Notes: generated by a model not told the origin, from the sequence alone. Shown: positions 12,297 through 24,277, counted from the first letter of the stretch. The stretch: 56,321 bases of DNA from Phoronis australis (GCA_002633005.1 NMRA01000626.1:12308-68628), one strand, 5' to 3'. A program made the numbers and translations.

Positions 12297-12658
12297 GGTT
12301 TCGACATGGGATTTCTTTAGAGTCAAAACTGCCTATCCAGTAATGTTCTGTGAGTCAAAGGGTGCAAATTATGGCGTTACATAGAGTGAAGAACTTTTAC
12401 CTCAAATAGAAAGGAAAATAAAGCAAAAACCCCAGGAATGTACTTATACAACACGATGAAAATATGCTGTGAACGAAAACGCAAAACCTTGCACTGCAAA
12501 GGGTGCATCTTAGAGATTACAATACAATCATTTCTTTAACACGACCAGACTTGAATTCCATCTCCTGTCAGTATCGTCTTGTTACTGACTTCCTACTTTG
12601 GCTAAATGCATATTGTCACCTAAAACTTAGGTGAATCGCTTAATACGTAGTAACTTAC

Positions 12659-12970
12659 CGGTTACTTCAATGGCCCCGGTTTCAGCTGACCTAGTAGCCT
12701 GCCTATTGGACACTTGACATCTGAACTGTACATTATTATCAGCTGTATGCAAGTTGACCGTCAGTGTGCTGGTGCCATCAGTGTTGTTGGTGATAGTCGT
12801 GTTAACATTCTCAGTTATGTTTGTGTATGCAGCGTTTCCAATCCGACGTGACCACACCATAGATGCCTGTGGCTTACCTAAGTTTGCTTTACATTGTAGA
12901 ACAGTTGGTCCTGCTCCACCAGACACAGGCTGCGTCGGGGCACCGGATACAGATGGTGTGCCTGGGAGGA
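12659..12970 (-). CDS. Intact Ig C-type (CD80-like C2) exon
   Basis: ttttccctag|TC CTC CCA...ACC G|GTAAGT, 312 nt, phase 1-1. LPGTPSVSG...VLQCKANLGKPQASMVWSR...STLTVNLHTADNNVQFRCQVSN with both Cys, the Trp, GxP and DNxxxFxC motifs, and several NxT sequons. Confidence 0.9.
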
Positions 12971-15754
12971 CTAGGGAAAAAGAACAAACCCGTTACATCA
13001 AGTTACCAATCTAGTTACAACTGATCATGGAAATACCTGAACCCTGGCATTTGCACCATGTTTTACCAAGCACAGAAGTGCAATTTAATGTCACGGTAAA
13101 ACCTGCCATTGATGTATATTCCTGATGGTGGTGCATTCAGTGTGCACTTTTTACACACAATTCACAGCAACAGTAGGGACGCTGGGGCGTTGACATGCGC
13201 CCATAGTGCTTTGCACACGATTTGTTTAAGAGGGCCACCAGGAGATGTCGCAGTAGTCAAATTAACGCTGATTCATGATTCCTTGAAATTTATCCAACAG
13301 TTTTTTTAAATATAGTCCAAAACACTTGCTTGAAAAGCCACGTGTAGAGACCAAATTGGTGCTGAAACACAGTCATCACATACGATGCAAAACAATTTCA
13401 TTGAAATCCGTCAATTGGTTCTCGAGCTACAATCCAAAACAATCTTACCACAAACGAAACTTGAAAAGCTACAGTGAACAAATCCACCCCCAAAACCAAC
13501 GGACTTGCACATCGATATCAAACGTCTGTCAAGTTTCATTAACATGAAGCAATTGATTTTTAGACATAATCCAAAATTTCTAATTCCCCAAACACAAAAA
13601 CATTTGCGAAAAAATGGTCAAAAGGACGTGCTGTACTTCAACGAATACTATTACCGTGTATCAAGCAATCTTGCCCAAAGTTACCGCCTAACCTTACGGA
13701 AAACCGCCACTATGCAAAAATTGCTGATAAAAATTAAAGCACAATACACAACTTACATGGCAATTGTCGATATTTAGAGTAACTTATAGTCGGATTTTGA
13801 ACTTTACCCTGCTTAAATAAAACCATTTTATCCCTTTTCTTACTGGCGTTCACTTAGTAATCTGACTGACAATCGGTACTAGATGTATTTGGTTATCCGA
13901 CACTGCGCAGCAATTGAATACATTCAGGTAGGCTATCAGGCAATGACCTTGGCATTAGTTTTCAGATGAAATGCTTGGAGAAACAGTTAATTTCATTCAT
14001 TTTTTATGTTCATGTTTACAAAGGAGATCGTACCAAACTGTGAATAACACTGCATGCACGGAATAAATCATTTGTTATTCCGGCTACTCCGAAGCGTGTC
14101 ATTTACGTTGAGCAAGAATAAAATTAATTAGAAATATTAGCTAAAGTTTTGTTATACAAGTTAGGGTATTAGGGGTTACCAAGATTAAACATGTTTCGCT
14201 TTGTGCCTAGAGCCGAATCATTAGCGATAAGTTCAGCATGGCAAATTTGCGATCCAAAAACAACATGTTCCCCCCATATCTTGGTTAGCCCTGATTAACC
14301 ATGTTGCGATGTTGAAGTTTTGGGGGCCTATACCTCCAATCAATGTTAATAGTGGTCACGTATACATAACTTGATCTCCAGCAGCCAGTGACTCACAATA
14401 ACTTGGCTTGCTATCTCTGACCACCGCTATTACTTATTCTGCAACATGGCACAGTTCCGTGAACTGATCATGACGCAACTTCATAAACGCTATACGGGAC
14501 GTTTTGAGTGCTGAGGGAGCAAACACGAATCATTTGACAACAGAAACCTGCACTAAAACGAAATTGTTTTGAGGCTTTTCACTCTAATTACTGAATACAC
14601 AAACCGCATAAACACACAGATTTATTGCTGTGAAATTTGCACAGAATTGTTCTTCCGCAACAAAGCACCATTCGCTTGGGGCAACTTTTCGCACTCTATT
14701 TCGACAGGAAGTATTGGAATCGTTTGTATTGTAAAACTTGGAATTTGAGCACATGGATGGAGTTTGCACTGGCAGTTATCTGACTTTGAATCCTTAACGA
14801 CAATAATGGCAATTATATTGCAGGTCAGATTTACAGTAGAAAAGTCGGGCGTATTTTTTCACCGAATGTTTTGTCCCATTTCACGCATACTTAGCTTTTT
14901 GAAAGCACATCTTGATTAATCAGAGCGCTGATTCAACTTTCACGATGGCAACCCTTGCGACAAATTCTTTAAACTCCAAACTGCGAAAGGTTGTACCTAC
15001 AAAACCCTTGTGTGAATGTCTGGTAGCACAGCTTGAACAAACTTTGCTTAGTGTTCACATCTGCTCCCCAGGTCCAAGATATCACCAGTTATGTTGCAAT
15101 TGATTATAGAGTATGTGCCTTCGTTCCCTCTCCTAACGTCGCTTTGGGTGGCCCTGACATATCAAAGTTAATGGCTTCGAGCGAGAAATCTTAAAACACT
15201 GCAGCACCGTCATGTTTATAGACAGAGGTCGTGTAACTCCGGAATTAAGTTTTCAAAACAGCCACAGGCTTCACATACCGGTAGTCAACCATTACTATAA
15301 TGTCAGAAACGAAAACAGAACAAGCGTTCACCATGTTAGTGAGCTATTCCTGGATTACATAAGGTCTGTGTTTTATTAAAAATGTAATGTGACATGAATT
15401 TGGTGTTTGTTATTATTCTAACTGAGGTTTTAATTATTTCAAATGGGTCTTCGCCAGTGTTGCATGTAGTTGTACTGATTTGTTTACTTTCTGTAGAGGC
15501 TTAAGCCTTAGAGCACAATGACTAATAACTGTGTCCCCTGGAATCTATCCACACATGTTATAAACAGGATGCTACAGTGTTCACATAAACATCCCAGAGC
15601 CAAATAACCATTCCTTAATATGGCAACACTGTGACGAATTTCTTATGATTTCCCTCAGTTCTTAACATTGCTTTCGTGAGTCACTTATGTTCAGTTGCAC
15701 AACAACATAATTTCTGTCCTGGTGATACCTACATCAAGTAGTCTATTGAAAAAA

Positions 15755-16879
15755 ATGGCATCTACAACATTGGAATTTAAGGGCACTTCATCATGGAAAG
15801 ACGATATTCGTGAGTGGCCAAATGTTATGTATGGTGACATTTGGTAGAATCAAAAGCAGTTAATGGACAGTCAATGAAAAACTTTAAAAGCCTAGAATCA
15901 TTCAATTACTTCCAGAGTGGATGCGTTGATAAGGTTTTACACCATGATTTGGACAAGGAAACCGTGGTTATCAAGTCAAATGTCAGACCATCTCAGAACA
16001 TCAATAACGAGTGGAACTCAGTCTGCATAAAAGCATTGACTAGTGGTGAAATATTGTCTGGCACTTGCAAATGTATGGCCGGATTAGGAAAGACATGCAG
16101 TCACATTGGTGCTGACTTGTGGAAAACTGAACACTCTGTTAGAATGGGATGACGGACGCAAGCCGCACTGATATGTTTGCAAACTGGAATAAGGGAACAA
16201 AGCGGAATATAGAACATAAAGCTCTAAATAAAATAGCTTTCAAACCACCAAAGTTGCAGCATGATATTGTTGAAGACTGTGATAATGCCAGTGCTAGACG
16301 GGATGTGCCTATGTGTTCATCTCATCAGGCATTCCAGGAACATTGTAAGAAATCATGCTTGTCTTCCTTAATTCGGTTGAAAGGGACAGTGATGAACAAA
16401 GTGTTCAGTAGCATCCCATTATCCAAGACAATTACAGTAGAAACTCATACGTCTCACGATACATCACTGAAATGTGCAAAGTGCAAAGCATTTTATTGCA
16501 AATATGTCAACTTGCCACAACTATTCAGCAAAGTGATTCTGACTTGTGGACGGACTCCAGAAAAATCAGGATAACAGGAAGTGTTGCACATAAAGTTCCC
16601 GTGAAAGAAACCCCCGACGCCACAAACTTTTTACGTGAACGCTTCCATCCCAGTTTTACAGGCAACCATTTTACTAAGTACGGGAGTCTGAGCGAAGTGA
16701 AAGCCTTGGACTGCCTTAGCAAGTCATTCACTATTTCACACACTGGCCTCTCAGTTTCCCCTTCAGAAAACTGGTTAGCAGCAAGCCCTGATGGAATTAT
16801 AAATGGGGATACATTGTTGGAAATAAAATGCCCAGTTCCAACTTCTTGGTCTACCTTACATGAACTCATATCATCATAA
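15755..16879 (+). pseudogene. SWIM zinc finger plus YqaJ/lambda-exonuclease-like PD-(D/E)xK nuclease (ISL2EU second ORF), frameshifted
   Basis: WKDDIREWPNVMYGDI, MKNFKSLESFNYFQSG, CKCMAGLGKTCSHIGA (SWIM), QQSDSDLWTDSRKIRITGS, YGSLSE, WLAASPDGII, LLEIKCP, spread over several frames. Confidence 0.9.
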
Positions 16880-16884
16880 ATGTG

Positions 16885-17808
16885 ACGTTGTTTTCTTGTG
16901 GAAGTCAACACACCAAGTCTTTCAATTTGTCTGCTTAAATACATGTAGGTAACCAAGAATTGAAAATTCTGCACGTCATAGTTTTCGAAATCCCAAATCT
17001 CCGGCAAAGTCCATCATATAATAAATTAAGTTTGAGTCGCACAAAAACTAAAAGAACCTGGTCTTCTATATCAAGTCTGAAACCAAAGTTGTTACTGTCG
17101 TATAAAGAGGCACAGAGACTAAAAGACGATTCCTTAGTGTTATGCCTGTATGTAACAAGGAGTTAGTGTCTGTGTGTATCATATATTTAGCACTAACAAC
17201 ACCATCATCCAAATTGTCGATGTCACACTGTGTTGCTAGTTCGCTGGTGCACAATATTGGTGTTTGAGCATATTTCTCTTGACACTGTGTCCATTCTTTG
17301 CTGTAACTGTGGTCCAAGCTTGAATCGGAACATTCTGAATCCATGGTTTCCGAATTGTCCGCAGTATCAGGCAGTGTCTCACTGGTCTCAGATGCAACAT
17401 GTTCGACTACGTGGGTGTTTTTAGATACGTGTGCATCATCATCTTCACCAGTAGTAGCTGATTTTGTGAGCTTCAAAACTTTCCTGCGACCAGGTTATAC
17501 CATTCTGGCATATACCATGTTTAGCTGAGGCACTGGATTTCTTTCTGTTGGCTCACCATCCACAAAATGAATGGAACAAACAGAGACATTTTTGGTAATC
17601 TGTCTCTGTTAATGGACTTTTGCCGCAGTAGCCTCAATTCACTGTTTTGTTTACCTGATGGCATTCTGTGTAACTTGTAAGGTTTTAAACATGGACAGTC
17701 TTTGTGCATTTGACCATGGTGTTCATCACAAATTTCTGTCTCCCAACGTTTCAATTTCACCCAGTTGTTGTGACAGCCTGTTACAGCACAGTTATTACCA
17801 CTGGGCAT
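16885..17808 (-). pseudogene. THAP plus HTH N-terminal half of an ISL2EU-type transposase, frameshifted, DDE domain missing
   Basis: MPSGNNCAVTGCHNN...LHRMP...SINR...VCSIHFVDGEPTERNPVP (THAP), LLHTGIT, LDIEDQVLLVFVRLKLNLLYDGLCRRFGISKTMTCRIFNSW (transposase HTH). Confidence 0.85.
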
Positions 17809-18248
17809 TTAAAAAAATTTTTAGTGGAGGTGAAAGTTGAACAGCTCTATTTGTATACTTGTAAACACTCCAAACAAGAATTTCAAACCTCCTTGAAATA
17901 TGGTGTATTATCAGTTAGACGGTAATGTATTTATTTTTCTATATATAGTCCAATAATTTTAACTTTATTATTGACATTTATGTAATTGTATACATCTAGT
18001 AATTTACAAATATTTCTTCTGTTAAATGTATTGCATGAAAAAAATCAACACTTACCAGGAATATTAATGTTTTCAAATCTGCCGATCTGCTTCCAAATAA
18101 ACAACACAAGCAGACACAGCAGCTGGGATGGTTTGCTTTACAGACAGACTTTACTCACTCCAGTGTTTATCTGACATGACATTAATGGCGTGACCTCAAT
18201 ATGGCGCTCCCCAGGCATTCGGCAATTTCCGTAATGGAATCTGTCTAT

Positions 18249-18628
18249 AGACAGAGATCGTGTAACTATCGTACTATAGTTTACATAACAGCCACAGGCT
18301 TCGCATACCAAAGTCAGCCAATACACGAATGCTCAAAACAAAAACAGCACAGCGGTTCAGCATAGTAGTGAGCTATTCAAAGTCATATTCCTGGGTTGTA
18401 TAAGGTCTGTGTTTTATTAAATATGGGATCTCACATGAATTTTTTGTTTGTTTATTATTCTAACTTGGGTTTTAATTATTTCAAATGGATCTGCTCCAGT
18501 GTTGGTCATGTACACTAATGACTTGTTTACTTCTTGAGACTGAACTGTCCCCTTGAATCTGTCCACACACGTTCTTAACAGGATTACACAGTGTTCACAG
18601 AAACATCCCAGAGCCAAATAACCATTTG
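18249..18628 (+). mobile_element. Second, diverged copy of the 15220-15612 element end, directly abutting the first element
   Basis: AGACAGAG(G/A)TCGTGTAACT...acagccacaggcttc...gtgagctattc...taaggtctgtgttttattaa...catcccagagccaaataaccatt colinear over about 390 bp. Confidence 0.85.
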
Positions 18629-18672
18629 CTAAAAATGACATGAAGAAGGGTTGTCTTCGCCTTTAAATTTAC

Positions 18673-19510
18673 GTTTTTATGCGCCCACATATTTATATGT
18701 GGACGCATTATGCCATCATCTCTGTCCGTCCGTCCGTCCGTCCGTCCGTGCGGGCGGCGTCCGGCGTCCGCTGCTCTATCTCCAAAACCTTTTGACATAC
18801 GTTCATAAAATTTGGCACATATGTTCCATTCATGAATGGGACGGCATGTGCGAACTTTCGGACGGATCCGACTACCGGTGTGCCCCCTAGTGGCAATTTT
18901 AGTTTTTTACGCTTACCTTTGTATCTTCAAAAGTCCTGAACGGATTTTCATGAAATTTGGTATGTAGGCACCTAGTAGTGAGATGACGCTATCCTGCCGT
19001 TTTCGGATGGATTCGACATAGTTTGCGCCACCTAGTGGCCATTTTTACTGTTTTCGAGTCTGTTTTTGTGCTTCCACCCCTCTATCAACCAAACCGCTCA
19101 AAGGATGATTGTGAAAATTGGCATGTATGTGCTTACTATGTAGAGGACGGTTGACGATGATTTTCCGACGATTTCGACTACTGTGGCGNTCAGACGATTT
19201 GGACTACTGTGGCGCCTCCTAGTGGCAGTTTTGTTTTTTTTGCGCCCATGGCTGTATCTCCCAAACCGTTTGCAGGATCTTTACTAAATTTAGCAAGTGT
19301 ATTTTTGTGATGTTGACAACGGACGATGACGACTTTAGGATGATTCTGACTACCGGTATGCCTCTAGTGGCTATTTTAGTATTTGCCTCTAGTGGCAATT
19401 TTATTATTTTACATTGACCTCTGTATTTTCATAGGTCTTCAGGTGTATACTTTGTGTTAGTTCGTGACTATGAAGGAAAAGTTTCAAGTAGAAATTTGCT
19501 TCTGGCATTC
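18673..19510 (+). mobile_element. Helentron/DINE-1-like non-autonomous element: 5' stem-loop, (GTCC)n microsatellite, tandem repeat units
   Basis: tttttATGCGCCCACATAT-tt-ATATGTGGACGCAT hairpin, (TCCG)n at 18724-18749, then repeated units containing aaatttgg and cc(c/t)ctagtggc. Confidence 0.75.
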
Positions 19511-19917
19511 TAATGATGTGCTAATCTCGTATGTTGGTAAATTTGTTTTTAATTCTATGTTTCTGTGGTGCTTTAAGCAACTGGTGTATACATGTAGGAT
19601 GTGCTTGTATTATGAAGATTACTCACATTTTGCCCCTAGCCTATTGAGGAGACAATGACCATGCCTTTCCATTTAGCCTAGTACAACATACTACATGTAT
19701 ATGCCCTCTACTGACCACTTTATGGTACCAATAAACAACCCTAGAAGGATACCGTTCGCGGTGCAATTGCAGTGGGCGCATTTCAACGCTCTGCGTTGCT
19801 CTTGTTATATATGTTGGAAGGGCATGACTAAAACTCAAACAGAAACCAATCAAAGCTTATTGCTGCACAGCTTGGCCAACATCGACACCACTAATGCAAA
19901 GCCTTACATGTACTTAC

Positions 19918-20071
19918 CATCCAACACAAGAGGAGTAACAACAAGTGGCACAGCTACTTGTACGTTGTTAGTTAACCGTTTAGTTTACTCTCCCTCATTA
20001 ATTGCTGTAACTCCACGCAGAGTGATGGTGAAGTGAGTCCTGCCAAAATAGTAGTTAGAAGAACCACGGGA
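19918..20071 (-). pseudogene. Diverged tandem duplicate of the 3' half of the V exon with its own splice donor
   Basis: SRGSSNYYFGRTHFTITLRGVTAINEGE*TKRLTNNVQVAVPLVVTPLVLD G|GTAAGT versus 20083-20236. 154 nt, no indels, one stop, no acceptor. Confidence 0.9.
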
Positions 20072-20082
20072 CATTTACTTAC

Positions 20083-20448
20083 CATCTAACACAAGTTGAA
20101 CAACAACAGGTGGAACAGCTTCCTGGTTGTTTTTGGTCATCTTTACAGTGTACTCTCCCTCATCATCTGTTGTAACTTCACTTAGAGTGATGGTGAATTG
20201 AGTCTTGCCATGATAATAGTTAGTAGAACCCCGGGATTCATAGTCTGTTGAAAATGAGCCGTTTTGTAGCCCCTCCACTCGTCTGATGGCTGGTGCAGTA
20301 AACACAGCCTGTATACCCATGAGCAACTCAATACTGTTGAAGGAATCTCCATCACTCAGCGTGTAACTGATTTTAAATACAGCTGAACCTCCTTTGACAG
20401 CGATGATCTCTCTAGGAACATTCACATCAAGAGCTGCATCAACAACAC
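20083..20448 (-). CDS. Intact V-set-like Ig exon lacking both canonical cysteines
   Basis: tatttattgcag|GT...GAT G|GTAAGT, 366 nt, phase 1-1. IIAVKGGSAVF (A'/B), YESRG (D), FTITLSEVTTDDEGEYTVKM (E/F, DxGxY), VQLVLD (G). Confidence 0.9.
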
Positions 20449-20699
20449 CTGCAATAAATAACAGCAAATTAATAAGTGTTGAAAATTGAAATGCACCCGA
20501 ACTGCACCAAAAGTGGTATGCTTCCATAGGTGTTTATCACTAGCATGCGCGGTAATATCAAACTAGACACAATAATGAACGTGCTTTTTACTGGAATTGA
20601 CATGGGAAATTATTTACAACAACCCGTTTAACAGGATGAAAAAGAATTCTTTAAAACTGTACGAGAAATAACAAGTTCATTATCTGATGACCTTTATGC

Positions 20700-20898
20700 T
20701 TATTGACCCTTTCCGGTGCATTAGGATCACTCATGAAGGAATAAATGAAAACTCAATGGAAGGTGTGGTTAATGCTAAGAATCGCAGATGTCTTTAGAAC
20801 ACATGATGAATGGTTAAACTTTCAGAAGTACACTGCATATAATGACCCCATAGTTGCACCAAATGACCTGAACATTTAGAATTCAAAGTCAATTGCAT
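20700..20898 (+). repeat. Dispersed direct repeat, paralog at about 23768-23968
   Basis: attgaccct(t/a)tccg(g/a)tgcatta and taatgacccca..ttgcaccaaatgacctga..atttagaattcaaa.tcaattgcat in both places. Confidence 0.7.
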
Positions 20899-22146
20899 CG
20901 TAGACTATAGTACATGGACCCTCAACTCCGTATGCTTTCAATGGACGAAATCTGTGCTGTTTCGCACAAGCCGTTACGTCATTATTCACTAGCGTCACCT
21001 GGCCAAATTATCTGGTATAATTTCCGGCAAGTACGTCGTTTGCTAATCATTGTTTTTTCGCTGTGTGGCAGGGTTTTCGGCCACACAGGCGAAATTCAAA
21101 GGAGTTAACTTCCATAGAGTGCGGAGACCCCGTAATCGGCTGTGGGAGAAAAACCTCATGTCTTGTGTAAACGTTAATGACATTTTGATATTGGATGTTT
21201 TTTAAGAACTTCTGGTAGGCCTACTGATAGGCCTACTACCACTACTGACAAATTCTGTCTCCAAGGTTCTATGTTCCTTCTTGATGAATATTACATGGTG
21301 ATTTTTTGGCGAAAATTGTCCACTAAATTCTTTCAAAAGATATTGATTCACAAACTGTTGTGCTTACGAGAAGCTTCACCCACAGTCTAATGTGCGAATT
21401 AACCAAATTGGTCATCTCCGCTAGCACTAATCAGGCGGTTACTATCTCACCACAAAGAGCACATTTCGTAAGGATTTGGATCCCCGATTTAGCGGATTTA
21501 TAAATCAGTGTACAACAAAATTGAATGCTTGTAAAATCTTTAACATAAATAAAGATGACATTAATACTCCAGAAATAACCAACTGGCTTTCCCAAAATTA
21601 TCTCGCAATTCAACAGTAGGTTACAGACTCATTGTCCTGAAATATTATGTGAATTGTCAAATCAGATCGAGCGGTGTGGAAGTCCACTTTTTATGAACTT
21701 CAGCTGAACTGCACGCAAACTTTTATGAATTTACCGTAGTTGGCTACAGACTGACCAATTTTCATAAAAACTCGCAACGCACACAAATGTATACACAAAT
21801 TGCACCCTGTGCAGCTCTTGGTTTAAACAAAGATCTATTTCAAAGTTTGATCAGATATAAATAACGCCAAAGACATGGAAGTTCACCGAAACAATTCTAC
21901 CTTACAGATGTGACATTCCTAGTCTCGGAAAACTTGAGAACCCGACAAAAATACTAATGATGAAATACTGGCGATGATAATCATCCATTTTGTTAATTTA
22001 CTCCACACAAACAATAGGAAATAGCCACTCAAATGAAACTCATTCGAGTAAGCACCACGTGAGTCCCTTGGGCAGCCCCAATATGGTAGAACCCAAGAAG
22101 CCTAAGTTGCGGTCAAATAATTATGGGCATAAATAAGTAAACTTAC

Positions 22147-22233
22147 TGAAAATAAAATAGAAAGCATTGCTACAGTTCACACGTGCACAAAAACTGAGTC
22201 CACAGACATCTTAATACTGACTGGGTCTATCAT
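22147..22233 (-). pseudogene. Putative first (signal peptide) exon, damaged
   Basis: MIDPVSIKMSVDSVFVHV*TVAMLSILFS followed by GTAAGT. Hydrophobic end would join GVVDAA of the V exon, but there is an in-frame TGA and a phase mismatch. Confidence 0.5.
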
Positions 22234-22276
22234 TTTCCCGCCGCTAGTGCTTGGACCAATCAGATCACCAATGGCG
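22234..22276 (-). promoter_or_regulatory. Candidate proximal promoter of the Ig gene: two CCAAT boxes and an E2F-like site
   Basis: TTTTCCCGCC at 22233-22242, gaCCAATcag and caCCAATggc immediately upstream of the putative leader ATG. Confidence 0.4.
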
Positions 22277-24007
22277 CAAACCTTTCGAAAACACGCTTGA
22301 TTTTTAGGAAGTCTGTTACTCCTCTTTATATTGTCAAAACTTTAATATGTCACGTTTAATTTATTTCTTGTTCAACTCAATGAGGCCACTTAATATAAAT
22401 GCATTCAACACGATTAATGCATTGTAAGAACCACAAGTCATGCTCTATCGACACTAGACATAACCAGAACACCCCTTTCTTAAAAATGAGTTAAAATTTA
22501 GTAACAAAGGACACAATTTTCCATCACTTGCCACGTCGACTTTTGACATGGATGGTTCAATATAATTGGAAAGACAATGCATCCCACTCAATATAAATTG
22601 AAAAATTATCGAAATCGGGTTAAGCACTGCACAATTATTGCAATTTGGGTAGCGAAATTTAAGTCATTTGTTTGGATCGGGTTGGCCATCTTGGACAACA
22701 GCGGCATAAGTTACAAGTTTAATACGTGCATAATTTATTTTCATCAATAATTTATGATGAAATTTAGTGGGAAAGATATATACCTACTATTATGAGTCAT
22801 TCAGTATTTTTCATTTACTGTACTGAGATTATTTCAGTTGTGACTTACATGTATGCACAGTAGCGGTAACCTTCAACTACCTTGAAAGTCTTTCACTGTA
22901 GAAACCAAATATATAGATCTAACTGAAAGCACTTGATTTTAATTTGAACTATGGATTAAATCATAATCGTCCTCTGATCTGTTCAGTGATTTCTATGACT
23001 CAGTGACCAAAGCATGACAGAATTAACTTGCCGTAATGAACGGCTGAATCAATATGTTCACTGGCAGTATTTCTTGATGCCGTCGGTTTATTATTAATTC
23101 AATAGATTAACACATGAATTTGAAAAACCAAGTTCACAGGATTTCCATTTCAAGTGTTCTTGTAATTCTGTAATTGAGATTGCCACCTCCACTCAAATTT
23201 GAATTGCATACATGTACGTGGTTAAATTAAAAGGCGGCAGCCTTTTACTGACTGCTGAAAATGAAAAAAATGAAAACTGCAATACTTTGTATTAGGCTTG
23301 ATTATCTGTTATACACTGGTATTTACATCTCCTTGGCGAAAAACAATTTAATTGTGCCAACAAATGGAGTTGAAAGGAATTTATCAAATGAAGCAAGCAA
23401 AAATTTGGAGGTTTGACTGTCTGTAGCCATTGCAATACACATCGGTCTTCCTGATTTGACATCGCAGACGGTTATGTAACCACATACACTGTATGCCTGT
23501 TCTCAGAATTGACTCTGCTGAAGTCAGATAAGGTCATTACTGCTGAGCTTCTCTCATTAACCAAGTTGTGCGGACAAGAACTGCCCTGTGCAACAGATTC
23601 ACATGGCGCTATTATTTGTTTTAAAAAGCAGTTGTTTTGGTGTGAAACCATGTCTTTAAGTTGGGTATTTGATTGGCATGTAGGTTTAAACAAGTACGAT
23701 GAAATTCAAGAGAATTCTTTAGAAATAAACGGAAAAAACATTTTGAAAGTAAGATGAGCTTTGCACTAATTGACCCTATCCGATGCATTATAAGCCTAAT
23801 CAGTAAAATTATTGCATAGTCCATGAAACTTGTCTTTAATGATGAGAATCACATTTGTTTAACTTTAAGTATTTTAGAGTACAAGAAGAATGAATTGGTC
23901 AATGTACCTAATGACCCCAAGTTTGCACCAAATGACCTGAGAATTTAGAATTCAAACTCAATTGCATTTGCTAACAGATATGTACCATAGTGTTGGCTAC
24001 CCCGGAG

Positions 24008-24277
24008 ACTTTACGCTCACAGTGATGCCAATACTTTTTCAAGGACCACATGGCTGGCATTCAGGAATCGTTCCTGAACTGACACACAGGGACTCAGCTC
24101 ACGGAAATTGAACGGAATAATTGATGATTTTCCGATCTCGGCCGAGGTATAAAATTGTGCCAAAAATGCTTTTAGTTCGACAATTGAAAGGGTGTGAATA
24201 TTATGCCATGTTGCATGTTACTTACTTTGTTGTACGTTTTTAGTTTTTGAAATAGAATGCCCTTTGAGATAAGGACT
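24008..24277 (-). mobile_element. Inverted paralog of 7171-7440, TTAA-flanked
   Basis: Ends ...ctttgagataaggact|TTAA (24278-24281) and shares the 43-bp core at 24048-24090. Confidence 0.7.

Larger units (their letters stand above)
15220..18246. mobile_element. Internally deleted ISL2EU-like (PIF/Harbinger-related) DNA transposon with two convergent genes
   Basis: AT|AGACAGA at 15218-15226 and TCTGTCT|AT at 18240-18248 (AT TSD, purine-purine end). SWIM+YqaJ gene on plus, THAP+HTH gene on minus, fused by a deletion near 16880 that removes the DDE domain. Confidence 0.75.
501..22233 (-). pseudogene. Multi-exon immunoglobulin-superfamily cell-surface/adhesion gene (leader, V-like, C-type, two or three further Ig exons), probably pseudogenised
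   Basis: Series of same-strand exons, mostly phase 1-1 with GT/AG boundaries, each encoding an Ig-like motif set. V and C exons are intact. Leader has an in-frame TGA, the third exon a frameshift and mutated acceptor, the fourth a transposon insertion and frameshifts. Confidence 0.7.

Noticed and set aside
15220-18628. LTR retrotransposon or prophage
   Set aside because: The repeats lack TG...CA ends, there is no gag/RT/integrase, and the nuclease is paired with a eukaryotic THAP transposase.
19163-19216. 27-bp tandem duplication gacgattt(c/g)gactactgtggcg
   Set aside because: The copies are separated by an N, so a contig-join artefact is likely.
20449-20527. MEAYHFW... as the N-terminus of the V-domain ORF
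   Set aside because: It lies upstream of a clear polypyrimidine/AG acceptor at 20449, so it is most likely intron read-through.
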